Shown here: one piece after another, positions 16,663 through 23,449 of the stretch | Position numbering within the stretch: position 1 is the first letter of the stretch | Layout of the letters: the number at the start of each line of letters is the position of its first letter | Assembly: GCF_042660085.1 (NCBI RefSeq) | Contig: NZ_JBHSTI010000002.1 | Coordinates: forward strand, 390,001-422,000 | Length of the DNA: 32,000 nucleotides | Source: Longivirga aurantiaca | GTDB lineage: Bacteria; Actinomycetota; Actinomycetes; S36-B12; CAIYMF01 | Direction: 5' to 3' | Position numbers and translations under genes: made by a program | Notes under the pieces: generated by a model | Told to the model about the DNA's origin: nothing | The model's database searches: none | Seen by the model: the letters and a program-made list of their open reading frames with translations, nothing else

Positions 16663-17613
16663 ATGAGGCTCGTGATCGACACCGACACGGCGAGCGACGA
16701 CGCCGTCGCGCTGATGCTCGCGTCAGCGGCAGACGTGACTATCGAGGCGGTCACGATCGTCGCCGGCAACGTCCCCGTGGAGCTCGGCAGCAGGAACGCC
16801 CTGTCCGCTCTCGAGTTCTGGGGCGTCGACGTCCCGGTCTACGTCGGTGAGACGCGACCGCTCGCCCGCCCGCTCCAGACTGCCCAGCACGTTCACGGTC
16901 CTGACGGGATGGGCGACTCGCAGCTCCCCGCTCCTCGGCGGGTGCCGCGTGACCCGGACGCGGTCGACGTCCTCGTCGACATCCCCACCCGTGACCCCGG
17001 CGCCGTCACCCTCGTGACGCTCGGTCCCTTCACGAACCTCGCCAGAGCCCTCGAGCGCGACCCGGCATGTCTAGGGAAGTACCGGGCCATCTACTGCATG
17101 GCCGGCACCCTCGGCCGGGGCAACATCACGCAGCAGGCGGAGTACAACCTCTGGTGCGACCCTGAGGCCGCCGCCCTCGTGCTGGATTCCGGGATCCCGT
17201 TGACCTTCATCGGCTGTGACGCCGCGCGGGACTTCACCGGACTCTCGAGCGACCGGCTCGATCGTTGGCATTCGCTGGCGTCACCGCGCGCCGACTTCGC
17301 CATCGCCGTCACGCGCGGGGCGGTGCGCTGGTACAGCGACCGCGGCCTGCGCGGCAGCGCCGACCTCCCCGATCCCCTCGCGATGGCGGTGGCGCTGGAT
17401 CCAGCCATCGTGACACGGTCGGAGACCGTCCATGCGAGCGTCGCACTCGACGACAGCCTGCGCGGGAAGCTGGTGATCCATCCGGACTCCGCGCCGGTTC
17501 GCAGGTCAGTGACGATGGTGACCGAGGTGGACGCAGACGCGTTCTGGTCGAGGGTCGACTCCATGGTCGCGGGCCACGATGAGCCCTCCGCCTCCGGCGG
17601 CGCTACCCGCTGA
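16663..17613 (+). CDS. nucleoside hydrolase (inosine/uridine-preferring family)
   Basis: N-terminal aspartate cluster MRLVIDTDTASDDAVALMLA (DxDxxxDD) and the expected length. Alternative start: GTG 16651. Confidence 0.85.
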   Translation: MRLVIDTDTASDDAVALMLASAADVTIEAVTIVAGNVPVELGSRNALSALEFWGVDVPVYVGETRPLARPLQTAQHVHGPDGMGDSQLPAPRRVPRDPDAVDVLVDIPTRDPGAVTLVTLGPFTNLARALERDPACLGKYRAIYCMAGTLGRGNITQQAEYNLWCDPEAAALVLDSGIPLTFIGCDAARDFTGLSSDRLDRWHSLASPRADFAIAVTRGAVRWYSDRGLRGSADLPDPLAMAVALDPAIVTRSETVHASVALDDSLRGKLVIHPDSAPVRRSVTMVTEVDADAFWSRVDSMVAGHDEPSASGGATR

Positions 17614-17622
17614 GGTGATCGA

Positions 17623-18000
17623 TCAGGGGGCGTCGCCCAGCACCTTGCGGTAGGTGTCCTTGACCGCGATGCGGTCTCCTTCGAACTCGAACACGTCGAC
17701 GGCTCTCGTGATGACGGGACGGCCGTCCGGGGCCGAGTCGCGCGCGGTCCACCGGACGACGCCGAAGCTGTCGCCGGTGGTGATCTCCAGCTGCTCGGTG
17801 GTGCCTGCCGGAGGGTTCGCGGGGTCGAGCAGTCTGGCGTAGGCCCCGCGCACGGCCGCAGCGCCGGTGAACGTCGTCCCGGGCTCGGGGCCGATCGAGG
17901 AGCGGAAGACGCAGGTCTCGGTCATGAGCTCCATGAGCGCGTCCACGTCGCGCCTGGCCCAGGCGTCGATGAACTGCTCGAGGACCCTGTGCTCGTCCAC
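17623..18000 (-). CDS. SnoaL-like / NTF2-fold protein
   Basis: 125-aa ORF with GGAGG upstream. The FIDAWARRDVDALMELMTETCVF pattern is typical of SnoaL-like domains. Confidence 0.7.
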   Translation of the reverse strand: MDEHRVLEQFIDAWARRDVDALMELMTETCVFRSSIGPEPGTTFTGAAAVRGAYARLLDPANPPAGTTEQLEITTGDSFGVVRWTARDSAPDGRPVITRAVDVFEFEGDRIAVKDTYRKVLGDAP

Positions 18001-18013
18001 CGTACCTCCGAGA

Positions 18014-18103
18014 GTAATCGTTTCGTGCTTTCCTGCCCGACTAGGCCGCTACGGCTTGAAAGACAGCGTGAATCGACTCTAGCATAGAGGTCGAAACGAT
18101 TAC
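18014..18103. repeat. perfect 12-bp inverted repeat pair GTAATCGTTTCG / CGAAACGATTAC
   Basis: Arms at 18014-18025 and 18092-18103 are exact reverse complements separated by 66 bp. They bracket the putative fgd promoter. Confidence 0.8.
18056..18085 (+). promoter_or_regulatory. putative fgd promoter
   Basis: TTGAAA (18056-18061), 18-nt spacer, TAGCAT (18080-18085). The predicted start falls on the right arm of the inverted repeat. Confidence 0.35.
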
Positions 18104-18188
18104 GGTATTCGTATCCGGCCCTCGGTCCCGTCGCGACGACGGGGCGCGGGCAGGCGGCGACCGTCCACGAGACCTCGAGGAGCACCGC

Positions 18189-19190
18189 ATGACGATCCGC
18201 ATCGGGTACAAGGCCTCTGCCGAGCAGTTCGACCCGAGGGAGCTGCTCCAGGTCTCCGTGGTGGCGGAGGAGTCGGGCTTCGACGTGGTGGGGGTGTCGG
18301 ACCACTTCCAGCCGTGGCGGCACAACGGCGGTCACTCGCCGGCGGTGATCCCGTGGCTCGGCGCGATGACCCAGGCGACGAGTCGCGTCGCCCTCGGCAC
18401 GAGCGTGATGACGCCGATGCTCCGGTACCACCCCTCGATCGTCGCCCAGTCGTTCGCGACGTTGAACTCGCTCGCACCGGGTCGCATCTTCCTCGGGATC
18501 GGGACGGGCGAGGCGATGAACGAGGTGCCGGCGACGGGTGCGGAGTTCCCGGCGCCCAAGGAGAGGCGGCTGCGCATGGCCGAGGCGGTCGAGCTCATGC
18601 GGCGGTTGTGGTCGGAGGAGCGGGTGGACTTCGAAGGCGAGTACTACCGCACGGAGAAGGCCACGGTGTACGACCGGCCGGAGACGCCGATCCCGGTGTT
18701 CTTCGCGGCATCCGGACCGCTGGCAGCCAAGCTCGCCGGTCGGACGGGTGACGGCTTCATCTGCACGAGCGGCAAGGCCCCCGAGCTGTACGAGACGTTG
18801 CTGGAGAACGTCGCTGCCGGTGCGACCGAGGCTGGGCGCGACGTCAGCGACATCCGGCGGATGATCGAGGTCAAGGTCTCGTACGACCATGATCTGGACT
18901 ACGCATACGAAGCGTGCGGGTTCTGGGCTGCGCTCTCGCTCTCGAGCGAGCAGAAGACGGGCATCGAGGATCCGCTGGAGATGGAGCGGGTCGCGGACGC
19001 CAACATCGCCAACGCGCACACCCGCTTCATCGTGTCGAACGATCCCGAAGAGGTGGCGGCTCGCATCAAGCCGTACCTCGACCTGGGGTTCCAGGACCTC
19101 GTCATCCATGCGCCGGGGCACGACCAGCGTCGGTTCCTGAAGCAGTTCAGCGCCGACGTGCTGCCTCTGCTGCGGGGTGCGGGGAGTTGA
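18189..19190 (+). CDS. fgd: F420-dependent glucose-6-phosphate dehydrogenase
   Basis: 333-aa ORF with GAGGAG upstream. It looks colinear with my memory of M. tuberculosis Fgd1: GYKASAEQF.PRELL, SDHFQPWRH.GGH, GTGEAMNE, GDGFICTSGK, HAPGHDQRRFL. Confidence 0.9.
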   Translation: MTIRIGYKASAEQFDPRELLQVSVVAEESGFDVVGVSDHFQPWRHNGGHSPAVIPWLGAMTQATSRVALGTSVMTPMLRYHPSIVAQSFATLNSLAPGRIFLGIGTGEAMNEVPATGAEFPAPKERRLRMAEAVELMRRLWSEERVDFEGEYYRTEKATVYDRPETPIPVFFAASGPLAAKLAGRTGDGFICTSGKAPELYETLLENVAAGATEAGRDVSDIRRMIEVKVSYDHDLDYAYEACGFWAALSLSSEQKTGIEDPLEMERVADANIANAHTRFIVSNDPEEVAARIKPYLDLGFQDLVIHAPGHDQRRFLKQFSADVLPLLRGAGS

Positions 19191-20674
19191 CTCCGACGCC
19201 GCCTGCGGATGGCGTCCTCGGCCGGGAGCCGGTCGACGTCCTCCGTGCCTGGCGCCTCGGTCGCGGCTGGGCTCCGCACGACGCCGCTCGCAGTCTCGGC
19301 GCGAGCACCGCGGAGTACCTCGCGTGGGAGTCGGGGACGGAGGAGATCCCCGATGCCGCGCGGCTCCTGCTGGGCCGTCGCCTCGGCGTACCGGCGTCCG
19401 CCGCACTGCCGACCGCCGCGCGCCGGTGGCGCGTCGATGCCGCGGCAGAGGACGGATGCGCCAGCCTGGCGTCGTTGCTCGCCTCATGGCGCGCGAACGA
19501 GGGGCTCACCCAGAGTGCCGCAGCGGGTCTGCTGGGGGTGTCCTCCGGCGCGGTGGGCCGCTGGGAGCGTGGGACGGTTCCCTCCCCCCAGGTCCTGGCC
19601 CGGCTGGCGGCGCTGTGGTCGGTGGACCGGGCGGTGCTGCGCGCAGCTGCCGGCCCCGATCCGATTCGCCGTGCGTCCAGCACCGAGAGCAGCGACGCCA
19701 CCCCGCTGGTGCTGGCCCGCCTCGACCGGGGCATCAGCCAGGCAGAGCTGGCGCGACGGCTCTCGATCGGCCAGGCGACGCTGTCCCGATGGGAGAGCGG
19801 CGAACGCACACCGCATCGTCTTGACGTGCTGCGGATCGCGCAGGCGCTCGGCATGCCTCCGCAGACGGCGGTCTCACTGTTCGAGGCCTACCGCCCGCAC
19901 CGCCGGCAGTTCGCCGGCAGGCTGCCGGGCTTGGCGCTGCTCCTGGCCGCTCGTGGTGTCGACGAGCAGGCTGCGGCCTGCGTTCTGGGAGTGAGCGATG
20001 CGGCCTTGCGGGACTGGGTGCGGGGTGCTCGTCCAGTCCCGGTGGTTGTCATCGACGGCCTGAGCGCTCTCGTCGGCCAGGACCTGTGGCCGAATCTCCC
20101 GGAGCTGCGCCGACCGCTTCGCACCGCCCCGGCACCGCCTGTCTCGGCGCTGGCGGCGAGGCGGCAGCAGCTCGGGATCACCCAACGTCAGCTGGGCCGT
20201 CACCTGGGAGCCAGCCAGACCACCATCTCCGCGTGGGAGGCGGGGGCACGTCCGGGCAGGTCCTGGCATGCACCCCTCGCGCGGGCCCTGCGATGGGACG
20301 TCGAGAGCCTCTGCTCGGCTCTGGGTGTCAAGGAGCCGACGCGGCCCGACGTGACGAGGTGCGGGCCCGGGGATCTCCCCGCGGTCCTACGGGATCTGCG
20401 CGAGTCGTCAGGCCTGTCGCGCGCCCAGCTCGGCCGATGCGTCGGGGTCGATCCGCGCACCGTCGGCAAGTGGGAGTCCGGCGCTGGCCGACCCTCGGCC
20501 CGGAGCCTGCTCCGGCTGGCTGCGCTGTTCGGAGTGCCGAGCCAGCACCTGGCACGGCTGCGCGGGGGTGGCGGCGAGGCCTGGCGCGCAGACGCCGATC
20601 GCCGGACGGCGGTGCGTGCCCGCCCAGACTCGGTGGGCGCGCGGATCACGGCGCTCGCGGCTCGGGCCGGCTAG
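19187..20674 (+). CDS. protein made of six tandem XRE (Cro/C1)-type helix-turn-helix modules
   Basis: This is the 3' part of track ORF 18914..20674. The only start upstream of module 1 is TTG 19187, which overlaps the fgd stop (TTGA). Six repeats carry the signature W-E/V-x-G: approx. nt 19235-19393, 19463-19639, 19703-19876, 19928-20077, 20138-20320, 20375-20554. Confidence 0.75.
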   Translation: MTPTPPADGVLGREPVDVLRAWRLGRGWAPHDAARSLGASTAEYLAWESGTEEIPDAARLLLGRRLGVPASAALPTAARRWRVDAAAEDGCASLASLLASWRANEGLTQSAAAGLLGVSSGAVGRWERGTVPSPQVLARLAALWSVDRAVLRAAAGPDPIRRASSTESSDATPLVLARLDRGISQAELARRLSIGQATLSRWESGERTPHRLDVLRIAQALGMPPQTAVSLFEAYRPHRRQFAGRLPGLALLLAARGVDEQAAACVLGVSDAALRDWVRGARPVPVVVIDGLSALVGQDLWPNLPELRRPLRTAPAPPVSALAARRQQLGITQRQLGRHLGASQTTISAWEAGARPGRSWHAPLARALRWDVESLCSALGVKEPTRPDVTRCGPGDLPAVLRDLRESSGLSRAQLGRCVGVDPRTVGKWESGAGRPSARSLLRLAALFGVPSQHLARLRGGGGEAWRADADRRTAVRARPDSVGARITALAARAG

Positions 20675-20801
20675 GACGTCGGCTTCGCGGTCGCGGGCCC
20701 CGGCGTCGCGGAGCGCGTGCGGCCCTCCCGCCGACCTGCTGGTTCATGAGGGTGCGCTGGAACGCCCGCACGTTCTAGTCCCGCGTGTGGTTTCTCGCAA
20801 G

Positions 20802-20817
20802 CTTGTTACGTTTCTAC
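20802..20817. promoter_or_regulatory. candidate operator, copy g of the 16-bp box (cttgTTACGTTTCTAC)
   Basis: It shares ACGT(A/T)TCTAC with copies b and c. It lies in the AT-rich region upstream of the Amt-like gene, about 45 bp upstream of the predicted -35. Confidence 0.3.
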
Positions 20818-20828
20818 TATCAGTACGA

Positions 20829-20852
20829 CAGCATTTCCTCTTGAAAATGCTG
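20829..20852. promoter_or_regulatory. 8-bp inverted repeat CAGCATTT / AAATGCTG
   Basis: Arms at 20829-20836 and 20845-20852, with an 8-nt spacer. It ends 6 nt before the -35 hexamer. Confidence 0.35.
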
Positions 20853-20858
20853 AAGGTA

Positions 20859-20886
20859 TTGACGTACTGGACCTGTTCATCATAAT
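20859..20886 (+). promoter_or_regulatory. putative promoter of the Amt-like gene
   Basis: TTGACG (20859-20864), 16-nt spacer, CATAAT (20881-20886). This is the best sigma-70-like match I found in the window, about 80 nt upstream of the ATG. Confidence 0.45.
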
Positions 20887-20968
20887 CGGTTCCACTCGCT
20901 GCACCGCACATCGGAAGGCAGCGCTCGGCGTCCGGACGAAGATCCGGGCCAGACCGCGAGGAGCCCCT

Positions 20969-22369
20969 ATGGAAGCCCCGTTCTTCCCGGACCAGGTGAC
21001 TGATCACCTGTTCCTGCTCGACTTCTTCTACGGAGTCGCCACCGTGTGCCTGATCCTCATCGTGGGAGCGGTGGGCCTGATCGACGGGGGGCTGGTCCGC
21101 CGCAAGAACACCCTCGACAACTGGGTGCAGAAGATCGTCGTGGCCCTAATCGGCGCCGGGTGCATGTGGCTCATCGGCTATGCGATCTGGCAGGTGCAGT
21201 TCTACGAAGCGTTCGGGGTCCCGAACCCGATCTCCTCGGCCATCAAGGACTGGTGGGCGCTCGGGACGAACGCCCAGACGTTCTCCCAGCAGCTCGACCC
21301 CGCCGTGGCGCCTGAGGCCGACGTCTTCCAGATCTTCATGGCCTTCTTCATGGCCTATGCCGCAGTCGGGGCCGTGCTGATCCACTCCGCGGGCCTCGAG
21401 CGCGTCAAGGCTGCGCCGATGTACGTGATGGGGGCCATCGCCGGCGGTCTGGTGATCCCCATCGCGCTCTACTTCACGTGGGGGTCGCTGAGCCCGTTGA
21501 CGAACAACGGACTCCACGACTACATCGGGGTCTACTCCCTGTACATCGTCGTCGGGGTGTGGGCGCTGATCCTGGCCTGGCGGGCCGGTCCCCGGCTCGG
21601 AGCCTTCGCACCTCACGACAGGACGATGGGTCCGATCCCGCACAACTTCGGGTTCTCCGGGCTCGGCATCGCGCTGCTCATGTTCGCTGCGCCGTTCGCC
21701 TTCCTCGGCTGCGGCTACTGGATCGGTGATCTTGGCTACTTCGGCATCTCGATGACCACCAGCGGGTTCGGCATCGCCATGCTCAACGTCTTCGTGAGCT
21801 ACATCGGCGGCGGGCTCGCGGGTGCGCTGATCGCGTACCGCACCAAGAACCCGCTCTTCGCGCTGATCGGTGTGGCCGCCGGCTACATCAGCGCCGGCGC
21901 GTGCCTCGACATCGCCAAGCCGTGGCAGACCTTCGTGGTGTCGTTCGTCGGGACGTTCGTCGTCTTCGGCACCTACAAGCTGCTCCACCGGTTGCGCATC
22001 GACGACAAGAAGATCGTGCCGCTGGCCCTCGGGGGCGGCATCTTCGGCGCGCTCGCCGCGGGCGTGGTCGGGGCCGGCATGAAGACTGGCGGATTCTTCG
22101 GGCTCGAGGGCGAGTACGTCTTTCAGGGCGCGACGATCAGCCTCGGGATGCAGGCGCTGGGCGTCGTCCTCACGGTGGCGTTCGCCGCCGTTACGGGCCT
22201 CATCGTGATCGTCGGCCTCGAGAAGACGATCGGCCTCCGGGTGGAGGAGCACGAGGAGCTCAAGGGTCTCGACGACCACTACTGGGAGACTCCTACGTCG
22301 CCGTACCACGACGAGCCGGTCGAGGTCGTCGACGCACGGGGATCGCGGCCCACCGCCGAGACCGACTAG
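20969..22369 (+). CDS. ammonium transporter (Amt/Mep/Rh) family membrane protein, divergent
   Basis: 466-aa polytopic ORF with GAGGAG upstream. Amt landmarks: GLIDGGLVRRKN, SAGLERVK, FTWG, AGPRLGAF..PHN, RIDDKK, and the C-terminal GLRVEEHEELKGLDDHYWE. The positions I align to AmtB His168 and His318 read Tyr192 and Leu354. Confidence 0.85.
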   Translation: MEAPFFPDQVTDHLFLLDFFYGVATVCLILIVGAVGLIDGGLVRRKNTLDNWVQKIVVALIGAGCMWLIGYAIWQVQFYEAFGVPNPISSAIKDWWALGTNAQTFSQQLDPAVAPEADVFQIFMAFFMAYAAVGAVLIHSAGLERVKAAPMYVMGAIAGGLVIPIALYFTWGSLSPLTNNGLHDYIGVYSLYIVVGVWALILAWRAGPRLGAFAPHDRTMGPIPHNFGFSGLGIALLMFAAPFAFLGCGYWIGDLGYFGISMTTSGFGIAMLNVFVSYIGGGLAGALIAYRTKNPLFALIGVAAGYISAGACLDIAKPWQTFVVSFVGTFVVFGTYKLLHRLRIDDKKIVPLALGGGIFGALAAGVVGAGMKTGGFFGLEGEYVFQGATISLGMQALGVVLTVAFAAVTGLIVIVGLEKTIGLRVEEHEELKGLDDHYWETPTSPYHDEPVEVVDARGSRPTAETD

Positions 22370-22402
22370 CTCGGACGGCGTCGCGGCAAGAAACGCCGCA
22401 CC

Positions 22403-22441
22403 AAGGGAGGGCGGCCGGTCGTGGACCGGCGGCCCTCCTTT
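22403..22441 (+). terminator. intrinsic terminator-like hairpin after the Amt-like gene
   Basis: 18-position stem (one G-G mismatch, one G-U pair) with a 3-nt loop: AAGGGAGGGCGGCCGGTC gtg GACCGGCGGCCCTCCTTT. It starts 34 nt after the stop. The distal arm ends in TTT. Confidence 0.5.
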
Positions 22442-22645
22442 GTCGTCAGGCCCCTGCTCGCAGCCGCGTCCGACCCGGCCGATCCGCGTCGAGCGGAACA
22501 CCGCGGTGGAGGCGTATCGCTGCTCTCCCCAGCAAGGCGGCGTACGGGAGCGAGTGGGTGCTACTCAGGCCCTTGTGCGCCGGCTGCGATGAAGTCGTCC
22601 CAGGCACGCGGCGACCGCCACGTCACGGACGGAGGAAGTGCAGTC

Positions 22646-23041
22646 ATGGGTCTGTTCCAGCAGATGAAGGATCTCAAGGGATTCGTCGCCGCAGCGCCGG
22701 AGATGATCGCGGAGGCGCAGCCGCTGCAGGCCGCTGCCCAGCGGTACGGCGCCGTCACGGCCGGTAGCGCACCGGTGATGGGGATGCCGACCGCCGCGGC
22801 GATCGACCCCGCCGACCTCCGCCTGGTGCCGATCGAGGGCGTCAGCATTGATATGTACGCGCGGATCGCGAAGGTGGCCGCGGCCGGCGTCGACCGTGCC
22901 TCCCTCGTCGGGTACGCCGCCGGCCTCGGCATCCGCGAGCAGGCGTGGGACTCGGCGTCGTTCCAGTGGAACGAGCGCATGCGCGGCGACATGCCGCTCG
23001 CCGTGCACTTCGGCAACCTCTACCGGTCGGTGTCGGTCTGA
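22646..23041 (+). CDS. hypothetical protein (131 aa)
   Basis: ATG 22646 preceded by GGAGGAAG. Third codon positions are very G/C-rich. N-terminus MGLFQQMKDLKGF. I recognised no family. Confidence 0.6.
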   Translation: MGLFQQMKDLKGFVAAAPEMIAEAQPLQAAAQRYGAVTAGSAPVMGMPTAAAIDPADLRLVPIEGVSIDMYARIAKVAAAGVDRASLVGYAAGLGIREQAWDSASFQWNERMRGDMPLAVHFGNLYRSVSV

Positions 23042-23439
23042 TGGGCTTCCTCAACGACCTGCTCACCCTCAACCGGCAGGCGAACGAGATCCGCGCCCAG
23101 CACGACCCTGTGGCGAAGGCGCAGGCGCAGTCTGGGCGCGGGTCGATGCGGGCCGCGCGCGTCGCGATGCAGTCCGCCACAGCCGTTGCGACCGACGCGT
23201 CGGCGAGGTCCGGGTGCGCGACGGTGCTCCGCGTCGTCGACACCTGCCTGCGCGTCGGGCGCCACCCGGTCGCGGAGATCGACCTGCTCGTCGACGTCGA
23301 CGGGCGCCTGCCGTTCCCGGCACGGGTCCGCACGGGCGTCCCCCTCGGCGGCGCCGGCCAGGCAGAGCTGGGCGCGCTGGTCGCCGTACGCGTCGTGGGC
23401 GAGTCGGTGGCCGTGCTCTGGGGCGTGCCCGCCCGCTGA
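23041..23439 (+). CDS. hypothetical protein (132 aa)
   Basis: The ATG overlaps the previous stop (TGATG at 23039-23043). Third codon positions are very G/C-rich. N-terminus MGFLNDLLTLNRQ, with a beta-rich C-terminal half. I recognised no family. Confidence 0.6.
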   Translation: MGFLNDLLTLNRQANEIRAQHDPVAKAQAQSGRGSMRAARVAMQSATAVATDASARSGCATVLRVVDTCLRVGRHPVAEIDLLVDVDGRLPFPARVRTGVPLGGAGQAELGALVAVRVVGESVAVLWGVPAR

Positions 23440-23449
23440 GCCCGGAGCG

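Noticed and set aside
20795-20835. GlnR (GTnAC-n6-GAAAC) or AmtR (CTAT-n6-ATAG) boxes upstream of the Amt-like gene
   Set aside because: A GAAAC is present on the reverse strand but there is no properly spaced GTnAC. No CTAT-n6-ATAG is present either.
20920-20950. CCGGACGAAGATCCGG in the Amt-like leader resembling the start of guanidine-III / ACGR-loop guanidine-II riboswitches
   Set aside because: The loop is only 8 nt. There is no second pseudoknot strand and no ACGR tetraloop hairpin pair. The similarity is limited to CCGGACGA.
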